From the IMG/VR virus record IMGVR_UViG_3300046524_000235: a stretch of DNA of 64,000 nt. The stretch is one strand, 5' to 3'. The notes beneath the pieces were generated by a model that saw only the letters and a list, made by a program, of their open reading frames with translations, was not told where the DNA came from and did no database searches. The position numbers and the translations under genes were made by a program. The stretch's first letter is position 1. Every line of letters begins with the position of its first letter. Below, in pieces: positions 36,334 through 45,902 of the stretch. The stretch comes from a virus. Taxonomy: Duplodnaviria > Heunggongvirae > Uroviricota > Caudoviricetes.

Positions 36334-38301
36334 ATGGATTTCTCCGACATCGCTCTTGCAAAACTGCTTCAAACTGTTCCGGAGCTAGGAAATTACATTA
36401 TCACGTTTAAAGACGTTTCTGAGGAACTTCAAGACGACACTGGCATTCAAGTCGGTGTCTTCGTATTGAGAGTCGGAAGTGAAATCTTCTTCATCCCAGT
36501 CGTAGCTAAAAACGATAACGTATATCCGATTGATTCAATCTTCTTTGATACAGACAAGAAATTCTTCCCTCTGACCAAGAAGACAGTGACGATGGTTGTC
36601 GCTTCAAGCCAACTCGAACAAGGCAAGCCTACGGAGATTCCGAAGACTGTCGTTGGTAATCCTAGTGTTGCGGACATGATTAATCCTCCGCGCACTGGTA
36701 AACATGTTTATGCTAGTACAAGTCGTCTTACCGACTTTCTAGCCAGTATGCCTGACTATCTAAAGCAGGTTACTATGGAAAAGATCGCAGCTGAAAAGTC
36801 GGTTTACGACTCGCTCGATCAGATGTATGGACTGAAGGCAATCTTTGACGTTCTAAAGAAAAAGCCGCAAAGTATGGCTGCTGCTACTAATGAGGCTCCA
36901 ATCTCAGTAGTCACAGATGCAAACCCAAGCATGACCCCAGATCAGATCTCCTCAATCCTGAACGACGGGTATCATATTTCAGGCGAGCAACCTTCCTCAC
37001 GAGTAGCTGTATGTGTGCATGATTTCAATTCTTCAGGGACCTTCCGTAACATCACAAATCTTGACGGAGATAAAGATTTTGAAATTATGCTTACTAATGG
37101 CTCGTCTCGTGATGCGTACGTTCCGAAAATGTATACTGTGGGTTCTAGCCCAAGAGGTGTGAGCACGAGCTACGGTCGTAGCTATGAGGATCCTACTTCA
37201 TCTCTTGCAATTTTTACATCAGGCGACTATGCGCTTTCAGGTAGCTTTATTACGGTAGGCGACAACCTTGACAGAAAAGAAGTCCTAAAGACTCTTTTCC
37301 AATATAATCCACCAGTAATGTTGAAAGATGTAGAATCTGGTGATAAAATCGTAATCGTGCTTAACTCAGGTAGATTCCTGGGTCCGATTTCTATTAACCG
37401 TGTAGCTCTTAGCAGCCTCGGAGTAGAAGCAACTGGCTCATCATATCAAACAGGATATGGTGCAGTAACAGTATATGGTTATCGTAATCTTGCAGGTGAA
37501 ATCAGTATTTGTGGAAAGGGCTCAAAGCATGAGATCTATATTCCGCATAATTCAGTTATTCTCAAACTGCGTAGAGACATTACCGGTGAGCTAGAAGTAA
37601 ACGTCAATGCAGCATCACACAAGCGTAAGCTGACTGATATTCAGTGGCTTGGTGAAGAAATGAATATTGGCTACGATGGTATTGAATTTGCTATCAATGG
37701 TAAGACTGCTGGTGCCGAAGCTGACGTAATGAAGCGTCTAGTCGTAGGTGAAGGTATTGATCCTGAACATGCAGCATCATTTGTAAAACAGGCTAAGGAA
37801 GTTAAGTTTGCAAAGGTCTACATGACTAAGCGCGCTGGCTTCACAACAGATTCAGACGATGGCAAGATTCCTAGTTATGGTGAAGAAGACCTAACTGGCA
37901 TTGAACCAGATGAAGTTACGATGAACGGGGCTTACAAGCCAAACGGAAACATGATTCCTAACGTTCAAGAATCTCTTAAGGCTGGTGATGCACAGGTAAC
38001 GGAAGCGACGATTATTTCTGAACTTCTTCAAGCTCCTGATATGTTTGAGCTGATCAATGAATATCTGCCAGACATTGAAGAAGCAATCGATAAGCTTGGT
38101 CGTACTCTGTTCATGGCTCGTGTTCATATTAGCCGCCTTGCTGAAGCAAATGATGCCGATCAAGTATACGCTTTCCTAGCTTCGCTTAAGACTGTGTACC
38201 GTCTGCTTGGTGACAATTTCATTAAGCTGAAAGAAATGGCTGCTGTCAGTGATTCTATTGATACGGAAGCACCCGGCAAACAAATGTCGGTAAAAGAGTA
38301 A
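36334..38301 (+). CDS. Large putative internal head/virion protein
   Basis: 655 aa in the head cluster after a late motif; contains K-x-A sites. Confidence 0.55.
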   Translation: MDFSDIALAKLLQTVPELGNYIITFKDVSEELQDDTGIQVGVFVLRVGSEIFFIPVVAKNDNVYPIDSIFFDTDKKFFPLTKKTVTMVVASSQLEQGKPTEIPKTVVGNPSVADMINPPRTGKHVYASTSRLTDFLASMPDYLKQVTMEKIAAEKSVYDSLDQMYGLKAIFDVLKKKPQSMAAATNEAPISVVTDANPSMTPDQISSILNDGYHISGEQPSSRVAVCVHDFNSSGTFRNITNLDGDKDFEIMLTNGSSRDAYVPKMYTVGSSPRGVSTSYGRSYEDPTSSLAIFTSGDYALSGSFITVGDNLDRKEVLKTLFQYNPPVMLKDVESGDKIVIVLNSGRFLGPISINRVALSSLGVEATGSSYQTGYGAVTVYGYRNLAGEISICGKGSKHEIYIPHNSVILKLRRDITGELEVNVNAASHKRKLTDIQWLGEEMNIGYDGIEFAINGKTAGAEADVMKRLVVGEGIDPEHAASFVKQAKEVKFAKVYMTKRAGFTTDSDDGKIPSYGEEDLTGIEPDEVTMNGAYKPNGNMIPNVQESLKAGDAQVTEATIISELLQAPDMFELINEYLPDIEEAIDKLGRTLFMARVHISRLAEANDADQVYAFLASLKTVYRLLGDNFIKLKEMAAVSDSIDTEAPGKQMSVKE

Positions 38302-38311
38302 ACATGAAGAT

Positions 38312-39001
38312 ATGCGCGTTAATCAGAGAGAATTACACATCCGTAACAATGTTCGGGGCGTTGATCCACTAGTAGATATCCTATTATCTGAAGTGGATTG
38401 CCCTGAACGTACCGCCTATCTGAAAGCCATACCTTTAAAAGAATCGAAACTCAAAAAAGGTTACGTCGAAGCTAGTTTGCTTTGTAGCAACGACGTAAAC
38501 GCTATTTCCCACATCCTTGAAATTCCAGCGGATGTTATCCAGATGTACAACGACATCTTTTACGATGTTATGGAACTGGATAAACTAAGCAAGATGGAAC
38601 TCTTGGATGTGCGTGACAAAACAGAAGCTGCCCTGAAAACATGGGCACTTAGTCAAGGTTTGCCTTTCATCTCTTGGAGAATGGGCAAACAAGTAACAAT
38701 TTCTCCGGTTGAAGGTCTAGTCGATCTCTTTACGACATGTGTCTATAAGAGCCGTGAAGCCATGTTCAGCCAGAATGCATCAGAGTCAAGCCGTGAAGCA
38801 ACTAAGTGGACGAAGCTATCAATGGACATTGCGCGTCTGTTGAAGATTTGGACTACCGATGCTGGCGCTGCTAAGAAAGACCTTGAGATCGCTATTCGTG
38901 AGGTTGTACCTGACTTTGAAGGGTTTGATAGCTTGGAAGGTTTCAGTATGGCTGAATTGAATGGCGACCTATATAAGGTTGACTCAGATAGTAACGACTA
39001 A
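38312..39001 (+). CDS. Hypothetical protein
   Basis: 229-aa ORF in the late operon. Confidence 0.6.
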   Translation: MRVNQRELHIRNNVRGVDPLVDILLSEVDCPERTAYLKAIPLKESKLKKGYVEASLLCSNDVNAISHILEIPADVIQMYNDIFYDVMELDKLSKMELLDVRDKTEAALKTWALSQGLPFISWRMGKQVTISPVEGLVDLFTTCVYKSREAMFSQNASESSREATKWTKLSMDIARLLKIWTTDAGAAKKDLEIAIREVVPDFEGFDSLEGFSMAELNGDLYKVDSDSND

Positions 39002-39003
39002 TT

Positions 39004-39168
39004 ATGAACATATACCTAGAAAAAATAGCGTCTAAAAAGAAGGGTCAGCTTACGATGCGTAAAGGTCAAAAGGCTATTAAGCATCCCAAGAAGCCTTTTA
39101 TATCCTTGTCAGCCAAGGTTAAAATAAAGTCACAGAATGGAGCCAAGAATGGCAAACGTAACCCCTGA
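39004..39168 (+). CDS. 54-aa highly basic tagged peptide (not in ORF track)
   Basis: MNIYLEKIASKKKGQLTMRKGQKAIKHPKKPFISLSAKVKIKSQNGAKNGKRNP; starts just after the previous stop. Confidence 0.6.
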   Translation: MNIYLEKIASKKKGQLTMRKGQKAIKHPKKPFISLSAKVKIKSQNGAKNGKRNP

Positions 39169-40231
39169 ACTTATTCGGGATATCTCAGTTCAAGCAGTTG
39201 AAGATTTCCTGAACAATAAAGTTCCTCTGAGCAAGGGCCTTGCTAAACAAGCAGCCGCTTACGAACTGAATGTAGAACAAGTGAAGCGTGCTGTTGAATC
39301 AACGAATAACATTGCTTATTTGAAGGTTCTTCAACATGCAGAAGACCGCACAGTAGAATTCCCCCTAGCTAAGTTTGCTGAAGTAATGTCAGCAGCTACG
39401 ATTCCTGAAGGTTTTCAAGAAAAAGTAGCACAAGTAAAAGCAGAAGAGCTTCAAGCAAATCTTGAGAAAGAAGCTTCAAGCCACGAACTAGAATTAGTAG
39501 AAGCAGAGAAGCTCACATATCTTATAAAGTCAGCAGCAGCTAACAAAGAAGCTCTTGATCGCCTAGAGATTGATGCTATCGTTTTAGCAGATACGCTTGT
39601 GAAGGCCGCAAAGGCTCTTAGCAAGGATGATGCATGGATGGATAAGCTGGCATGTGTCACAGAAGAACAAACGTTCTCAGAGCTTTCTGTCCTCGTTTCT
39701 GGCGAAGTTAAAGCGTATCGTGATATTGGTGAGCTAGGTCTATTTAAATCAGCTCAGCTTAAAGAAGTAAATGCTTTTGCAGATCTGTACAAACAAGCTC
39801 GTGAACTTGTTCGTGAACAACGTGAGCGTTCTGGTCTTCAGAAACGCGCTGCTGATGCTGCGCAAGGTGTAAAATCAAACATGTTCACTAGGGCCATGAA
39901 CGGAGCTGCAGCTTCTGCTAAGGTTACTGCTCAAAAAGCTAACCCGGCATACGCAGCAGGTAAGATAATCGGTACTGTAGCATCTTCTCCGATGAGAGTA
40001 GCAAAGGCAGTAGGCGGAGCTGTTAATAAGTCTGTTAAAGACAATCTTTCAGCACTTGGTAAACCCACCATAAAAAATACAGCAAAGGCTATCGGTAAGA
40101 CTACAGTAAGCGCTGGTAAGTCTTTGTTTAATGCTGCTGGTCCTATAGCTGATGCAGCTTTCTATGATCCAGGTGTAGACAAGACAACCGGTAGAAGTAA
40201 CGATGTCTGGAGCGCTCTCCAGCGTGATTAA
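39149..40231 (+). CDS. Helical internal head protein with many K-x-A sites
   Basis: GGAG RBS before ATG 39149; LAKQAA, LEKEAS, LIKSAA, LFKSA, LQKRAA. Confidence 0.65.
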   Translation: MANVTPELIRDISVQAVEDFLNNKVPLSKGLAKQAAAYELNVEQVKRAVESTNNIAYLKVLQHAEDRTVEFPLAKFAEVMSAATIPEGFQEKVAQVKAEELQANLEKEASSHELELVEAEKLTYLIKSAAANKEALDRLEIDAIVLADTLVKAAKALSKDDAWMDKLACVTEEQTFSELSVLVSGEVKAYRDIGELGLFKSAQLKEVNAFADLYKQARELVREQRERSGLQKRAADAAQGVKSNMFTRAMNGAAASAKVTAQKANPAYAAGKIIGTVASSPMRVAKAVGGAVNKSVKDNLSALGKPTIKNTAKAIGKTTVSAGKSLFNAAGPIADAAFYDPGVDKTTGRSNDVWSALQRD

Positions 40232-40259
40232 TAAAGATTGAATAAAGGAACAACATAAA

Positions 40260-40808
40260 ATGTTAAATGAAGTTAAGCAAATGGGTCTTGAGAAGTTTGC
40301 TGGAGACGAAAAACTGGCTGATGAATTTCTAGCCGGTTTTGTTACGCATGTAATGCTTGAAAAAGAAGCTGCTGAAGAAGTTGAAAAACAAGCTAATGCT
40401 GCTCAATCCCGTGTTATGGGTCCAGGCGAAAGCGTTGCAAAGGGCTTTCTGGAACAAGCTGGTAAATCAGCAGGTGGACTTGCAGTAGGTACAGGTCTTT
40501 GGATGTTTTCAGGTGCAGCGAAGAGCGTAGTAGATCAATTTCGCTATAATCGCTTTAAGAAGGCTCTTCTACAAGCTATTTCAAACTCTCATATCCTTCA
40601 GACCGCTGAGCGTTCTAAGGTAGAGCATTACGCAGATACAATCTATAAGTTTGCACCTATGGTTGCAACTGATCCTAATCTGCTACAATCTGTTCTTACC
40701 AACGCAGTTCATGGTGACGGCATTGATATTATGACTATCAAGAGTCTTACAGATCTAGAAGGTCGTTGGAAAGATAACAGTTCGTTCTCACCTAAGTCGT
40801 TCCTATAA
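40260..40808 (+). CDS. Putative internal head protein
   Basis: LEKFAG, LEKEAA, VEKQAN sites; Gly-rich hydrophobic helix. Confidence 0.6.
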   Translation: MLNEVKQMGLEKFAGDEKLADEFLAGFVTHVMLEKEAAEEVEKQANAAQSRVMGPGESVAKGFLEQAGKSAGGLAVGTGLWMFSGAAKSVVDQFRYNRFKKALLQAISNSHILQTAERSKVEHYADTIYKFAPMVATDPNLLQSVLTNAVHGDGIDIMTIKSLTDLEGRWKDNSSFSPKSFL

Positions 40809-40810
40809 AT

Positions 40811-41125
40811 ATGAATAAGTACCTAGAGAAAATCGCATCCGCAAAAGCTGTAGCTGAATCCATAACTGGTTTCGGCAAAAGTTTTGCGAAGGGCTGGAAA
40901 CGAAGCTCAACAACTTCTAAAGTTGGTCTGGGTATGTCTGCTGCCGGTCTCTCTCTAGGCGCTGCTAATTATAGTAATAGCCTAGAGAATAAGCTTGACA
41001 ATAAAAAACGTGGCGTACTTGAGGCGCAATCGCTGAACGAGCTTAAGGGTATTTCAGAGGCTCTTAGGAAAAAGCCTAAGGTAACCGTAAATCTGAAATT
41101 AGTCCCTGACCAAAATGCAAAATAA
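40811..41125 (+). CDS. Tagged small virion protein
   Basis: Starts MNKYLEKIAS; Gly-rich hydrophobic segment. Confidence 0.65.
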   Translation: MNKYLEKIASAKAVAESITGFGKSFAKGWKRSSTTSKVGLGMSAAGLSLGAANYSNSLENKLDNKKRGVLEAQSLNELKGISEALRKKPKVTVNLKLVPDQNAK

Positions 41126-41924
41126 GTATTTAGAAAAAATAGCATCAGACAAGAACAAAGATAAGTCTAAAGTTGTTTCAGCAGTAGGAGCCTCCTTGCT
41201 TGGAGGCTTTTCTGCGGGAGTAGCCGGTGGTGCCCTACAGCATGCAGTATCTAGAAAAGTTGTATCTGCAATATCAGCTTCTCACAGCGATTCTGGAGCA
41301 GATCACCACACCCTTAGAAAGTTTATGAAAGATAATGGTTTACATAAAACCACTACTTTCAATACTAGAAAGCACAATGTAGATAAAATGACTTTTTCAA
41401 AGAATCCTTTGGGAAAGATTTATAAACACTTAGCTAGTAATGACGCTCCTGGACCTGCGTTTCTACGTACCAGAGGGGTAGGTGCTCAAAAAGACTTTGT
41501 AGTAGGATTAAGAAATGGTGGAAAGACTGTTAAGAACGCTGACGTTCTAATGCATGAACTTGGCCACGCCAAAGACTTCCAAAGTTACGGAAAGCTTAAA
41601 GCGTTGGCTCCAATTGCCAAAATGCCCGGAGTAAGTAGTGTTGCTACCATTGCAGCTCTTTCAAATGACAAGACTCGTGATTACGCTCCAGCCGTTGCAG
41701 CTATTCCTGGCGCACTAACTTTAAGAGAAGAAGCTGCTGCTAATTACCATGCATACAAAGGAATTAAAGCCCACAAGGGAGCTGCCGCTGCTAATAAGTA
41801 TGTACGCAAGCTTCTACCTTCGCAAATGGGCTCTTATGCTGTTGGGGCTGCAATCCCAGTAGCCGGTGCATATCTTGCCAAGAAAATTATGGACAAGTGG
41901 CATCCGAAGAAAGAGTCAAAATAA
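41115..41924 (+). CDS. Tagged protein with zinc-metallopeptidase motif
   Basis: Starts MQNKYLEKIAS; LMHELGHA (HExxH) plus downstream REEAAAN; flanking hydrophobic helices. Confidence 0.65.
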   Translation: MQNKYLEKIASDKNKDKSKVVSAVGASLLGGFSAGVAGGALQHAVSRKVVSAISASHSDSGADHHTLRKFMKDNGLHKTTTFNTRKHNVDKMTFSKNPLGKIYKHLASNDAPGPAFLRTRGVGAQKDFVVGLRNGGKTVKNADVLMHELGHAKDFQSYGKLKALAPIAKMPGVSSVATIAALSNDKTRDYAPAVAAIPGALTLREEAAANYHAYKGIKAHKGAAAANKYVRKLLPSQMGSYAVGAAIPVAGAYLAKKIMDKWHPKKESK

Positions 41925-41947
41925 AGATTCGCCTGTAAAATAGAACT

Positions 41948-43462
41948 ATGCTAACTAAACTAATCGATACGTCTTCTTTTTACCGTGAAGAACCACAGGT
42001 AACTATTCTCGATCCCAAAGATCTTACAGGCAGTCTTATTAAGCAGGCTACGGATTCTCGCATTCAAGAATTCGCTTCTAAACTAACGCCCATTCAGGGC
42101 AAGACGTATCTTCACATTCTAGCTATGGGTGCTGGAGAGTTTTATGGTGCAAACCGTAATGCTGACTACTTCCCAGAAAGTAGCCTCATTGATTACCACA
42201 ATACCTTTGAGACTGCTCCTGCCCATATTTTCAGAAACCACGTAAACAAAAATCCCGAAATCGCTATTGGTCAAGTTGTGTACTCTGTCTACAACGACAG
42301 AATGCACCGCGTTGAGCTTATCGCTGAGCTTTGGAACGACAAGGCTCCAGACATCGTTGATCGTATCGAAAGCGGTGACTGGCCAAAGACTTCAATGGCT
42401 TGCCGTACACCTTTCGATGTTTGTTCAATTTGTGGTAACAAAGCTCGTACCCGTGAAGAGTATTGTGAGCATCTAAGCGAACAGTTGGGTAAGGTTTTCC
42501 CTGATGGTCGTAAGGTAATGGCGCTTAACTTGGCTCCATTGCGATTCTTCGACATCTCTATTGTATTTCGTCCAGCAGACGTAACTAGCGCAGTTCTACA
42601 GAAAGTAGCATCTGAAAGCGAAGTGATTGGTTCAGTGGATGAGGCGCTAATGGCTGGTCTAAATGACCTTCCGTTACAGAAGAGTGCTACTCTTAAAAAG
42701 CTTTCAGAATTAACGAAGGAGATTGATGGCGATGTTGTATCTATCGATTCTAATCTTGATAATCTTGTATCACGAGTTAGTGATCCGCAAGGATCGGTTA
42801 TCGATGTTCTTCGAAATTATAAGCTTAATGAGACTTTTAGTACCTTTGCTCATCTTGGCATTAGCCCTTCGATTGGTTTTCTCGCTGAACTGATTGCTAG
42901 AAAATTGATGGGTGAAGAAGGGCGCGGCATTGGCCCAATGGCTGCTGCATATTTTGATAAGGTTGGTCTTACTGCTATTCCCGAATTCGACCGTGATTTC
43001 GGTGAAATTACAGAACCCAACATCGGTATCGTTCATGCTATGCTTCCTCATATGCAGGATGCCTCGTATCTTCCACAGTATGTTGAGGAACGTGTATCGC
43101 TGAACAAACAGGCTTCGACTTACGGTTATGTACAGGGTACTAATGTTGGCTTTGTCGGCAACGGTCCTCACATCGAACCTACGATTTACGAAAAGTTCCG
43201 TGAACAGAATCTCAAGTCAGAAGAAGGGAATAAGTCAAGTTTGATGAAGATGCTTACTGCCATTGCTGCTATCGGCGGAGCTGCTCTAGCTGCTAAGTGG
43301 TACATTACCCAAGCAATAGAGCGGAAAATGAAAGAGCAAGAATTGAACAAGGCTTCAGATGGTGTTAAAATAGTTTTAGTTAAATCTGCTTCTGACTATA
43401 AGCTGACTTACAAACTCGCCAAAACAGCGATGGTTAAGTTGGTTCAGAAGAAAAAGAATTGA
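41948..43462 (+). CDS. Prohead maturation protease (assemblin/HK97-like fold) with C-terminal extension
   Basis: FRNH, TSMAC and RPAD as putative His/Ser/Asp; CSICG...CEH zinc site; upstream of scaffold and capsid genes. Confidence 0.8.
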   Translation: MLTKLIDTSSFYREEPQVTILDPKDLTGSLIKQATDSRIQEFASKLTPIQGKTYLHILAMGAGEFYGANRNADYFPESSLIDYHNTFETAPAHIFRNHVNKNPEIAIGQVVYSVYNDRMHRVELIAELWNDKAPDIVDRIESGDWPKTSMACRTPFDVCSICGNKARTREEYCEHLSEQLGKVFPDGRKVMALNLAPLRFFDISIVFRPADVTSAVLQKVASESEVIGSVDEALMAGLNDLPLQKSATLKKLSELTKEIDGDVVSIDSNLDNLVSRVSDPQGSVIDVLRNYKLNETFSTFAHLGISPSIGFLAELIARKLMGEEGRGIGPMAAAYFDKVGLTAIPEFDRDFGEITEPNIGIVHAMLPHMQDASYLPQYVEERVSLNKQASTYGYVQGTNVGFVGNGPHIEPTIYEKFREQNLKSEEGNKSSLMKMLTAIAAIGGAALAAKWYITQAIERKMKEQELNKASDGVKIVLVKSASDYKLTYKLAKTAMVKLVQKKKN

Positions 43463-43520
43463 CCTAAGATTTTCGAAAGGCTACAATTCAACGTAGCCCT
43501 ATTAAAAAAGGATATTAGTC

Positions 43521-44384
43521 ATGATGAGTTTCACTCTAGACGGTCTTCTTAATGATCTGCAAAAAGAAGCTGGCCTCCATAAAGTAGCTAGTGAAGATAC
43601 AGAGAAAGAAGAAAAGAAAGATGAAGATAAGGCAGAAAAGGCTATCGACAAAGCTGACAAAGATGTAAAGGAAGCTAAGGAAGAAGTCAAGGACGCCAAA
43701 GAGAAGAACGATGCTGATGAACGTGTCAAAGAAGCTGCGGCTAAAGGCGCTGACTTAGCAAAAGAAGTAATGCAAAAAGTTGCATCCATTAAACTTGATC
43801 AAGTTAAACCAGAGGATACTATGAACAAACAAGCTGCTGACGCAGGCAAGGCACTAGCCGAAGCTCTTCTTGAAAAGCTGGCTTCAGTAGGTGACCAAAA
43901 TACCGTTAACGGTATTGGTAATGCTGTACCGAACAAGACACAACAAGATCTTGCAGCTCAAGTAGCTGAACAAGATGCTATCATCCAGAACCAACCCGGC
44001 ACAGACGGCAAGGGTAATGGTGGTACAATCAACCAAATCTTCGACGCAATCGTTGCTGACGCAATGGCTCGTGGAGCTGCTCCAGTTGATCAAAATCCTG
44101 CTCCTGGCATTGCTAAGGATGAAGGCGCACAAATCGGTGCACAAGCTCCTAACCAAGTTCAAACTGGTGGTTGGGTAACGGCTGGTCAAGAAAAGGCTGC
44201 TGCAGTTTCATCACTCGTTGAGCAAGGCTTTGAATTTGACGATGCAGTAAACATGGTCAAGGAAGCTGCTGAAGAAATCGAACGTGAAGAAGCTTCACAA
44301 GTTAAGCAAGCTGCACTGTCACACTTCATCGAAGCTGGCTTCGATTTTGACACCGCAGTAAACTTGGTAAAAAAGCTGGGCTAA
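43521..44384 (+). CDS. Scaffolding-like protein (short form)
   Basis: Charged coiled-coil N-terminus, many K-x-A sites; between protease and capsid. Confidence 0.7.
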   Translation: MMSFTLDGLLNDLQKEAGLHKVASEDTEKEEKKDEDKAEKAIDKADKDVKEAKEEVKDAKEKNDADERVKEAAAKGADLAKEVMQKVASIKLDQVKPEDTMNKQAADAGKALAEALLEKLASVGDQNTVNGIGNAVPNKTQQDLAAQVAEQDAIIQNQPGTDGKGNGGTINQIFDAIVADAMARGAAPVDQNPAPGIAKDEGAQIGAQAPNQVQTGGWVTAGQEKAAAVSSLVEQGFEFDDAVNMVKEAAEEIEREEASQVKQAALSHFIEAGFDFDTAVNLVKKLG

Positions 44385-44926
44385 CGAAAGAAGCGGGTGT
44401 CCTGCAACTAGCGGGTAAAGTTCCAGGCACTTCGTTAGCTCAAAAAGTCACACGTATTCCAGGCTCAGGTGGGGGTCCCAAGAATGTTATGGGTGCTCCA
44501 CGCACACTGAATAAGGCTAGGGTCGCAGCAGCGGCCACTGGCGCAGGAGTCTTAGGTCTAGGTGTTGGCGCCGCAGTACAAAAGAACAAAAACCAAGAAA
44601 AACAAGCTGCAGTAAGTCTTCTGGTAGACTCAGGTCTGGATTTTGAAAATGCAGTTGATCTAGTAGAAAAGAAGGCTTCTGAGTTAGAAAAAGAAGCTCT
44701 TCTTAGTGCACTAAGTGGTTATGCTGGATCCAAGAAAGGTGATAAAGTAGGTGGTACCTTATCAGGATTCGTAACCGGTACTGCAGGTGCAGTAGCAGGT
44801 GTTCATGCAGCTGGACTTCCAGGACTTGTTGCAGGATCTGTCGGCGGTGGATACCTTGGCGGAAAAGCATATTCGGCAATCAAAGGTGCTCTAGCAGACA
44901 AGAAACATAAATCTAAAGCAGACTAA
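44369..44926 (+). CDS. -1 frameshift extension of the scaffold (predicted ~468-aa long form)
   Basis: A_AAA_AAG at 44369-44375 in frame; -1 frame open from 44351 to 44926 and continues the scaffold's repeat motif. Confidence 0.7.
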   Translation, partial: KKAGLTKEAGVLQLAGKVPGTSLAQKVTRIPGSGGGPKNVMGAPRTLNKARVAAAATGAGVLGLGVGAAVQKNKNQEKQAAVSLLVDSGLDFENAVDLVEKKASELEKEALLSALSGYAGSKKGDKVGGTLSGFVTGTAGAVAGVHAAGLPGLVAGSVGGGYLGGKAYSAIKGALADKKHKSKAD

Positions 44927-44949
44927 CTAGCTTGATTTTATAAAGTAAG

Positions 44950-44984
44950 AACCCCTCTGTATCCTCGATGTAGAGGGGTTTTTT
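44950..44984 (+). terminator. Intrinsic terminator
   Basis: AACCCCTCT/AGAGGGGTT stem followed by Ts. Confidence 0.75.
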
Positions 44985-44995
44985 ATTAGGTAACT

Positions 44996-45421
44996 ATGAA
45001 CAAATATCTTGAAAAAATCGCTAGTCTTAATTTTGACATGGACACTCAAGGTCGCATCAAATCGGCTGGTATGATTGTCAAGAAAGATGTAAGCCTAGGG
45101 AAAGTAAAAGAACCAGCGCCTATTACGGCACCTGGTTCAAAACTGATACGGGGAGCTAAGACTCTCTTTACCAGAGCGTTGTATAAAGCTGCGCAGGATT
45201 TAACACATAAACAAGAGCTGGTCAACACTGGCGTAATCGCTGGTTTGGGCACAGCTACAGGCTTTGGTGCTCATAAGCTGATGAACTCTATGCCTAAGGT
45301 ATTCGGGCAAGGTGCCAAACTTCACAACGCTAAAATTATGGCGTTAAGTGGAGCAGCTGGTTTAGCAGCAGACTATGCTGGTGTTAAACTAAATAAACAG
45401 ATTAACAAACATGTCCAATAA
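44996..45421 (+). CDS. Tagged small virion protein
   Basis: Starts MNKYLEKIAS; internal LYKAA; Gly-rich helices. Confidence 0.65.
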   Translation: MNKYLEKIASLNFDMDTQGRIKSAGMIVKKDVSLGKVKEPAPITAPGSKLIRGAKTLFTRALYKAAQDLTHKQELVNTGVIAGLGTATGFGAHKLMNSMPKVFGQGAKLHNAKIMALSGAAGLAADYAGVKLNKQINKHVQ

Positions 45422-45902
45422 GTACTTAGAGAAAGTTGCTTCCATATTTCCAAGCAAAGAATATAGAAAGACTTTACATGGAAGAGAAAAAGCTAACTAC
45501 GATGTAGAATACGCTACTGCTGGCAGATCTAGTCTTAAAAACTTTGGAAAAACTCTTCTGGGTATCGGAGCAATAGGCTTAGGTGCTGGGTTTGGGCATC
45601 ATGGCGGAGCTACTCTCGGTGGTAAAATCGGAGCCAAGATTGGAGCCAAGCAAGGAAAGAAATTTGGTGCTGAGGCATATAAGAGTCTTATGGCAGGTGG
45701 TAGAACTCCAGAGCGTGAAGCTAAAGGCTTTGCAGTGTATGCCCATGACATGATTAAACAGAAGACTCAAAATGCAGGTAGGGCTGTAGGCGGTGTTGTC
45801 GGAGGTACGGCAGGCATGATTCCGGGAATAGCTTACGCTGATAACTTCAGACACAACCACGCTAAGAGCGTAATCGAGAAAAGACGTAAACAAAATGACT
45901 AA
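45411..45902 (+). CDS. Tagged glycine-zipper protein
   Basis: Starts MSNKYLEKVAS; GxxxG-rich segments. Confidence 0.65.
   Translation: MSNKYLEKVASIFPSKEYRKTLHGREKANYDVEYATAGRSSLKNFGKTLLGIGAIGLGAGFGHHGGATLGGKIGAKIGAKQGKKFGAEAYKSLMAGGRTPEREAKGFAVYAHDMIKQKTQNAGRAVGGVVGGTAGMIPGIAYADNFRHNHAKSVIEKRRKQND

Noticed and set aside
44489-44926. Independent 145-aa gene starting at ATG 44489
   Set aside because: There is no well-placed RBS, and the frame is open back to a slippery site, so it is better explained as a frameshift extension. Not fully excluded.
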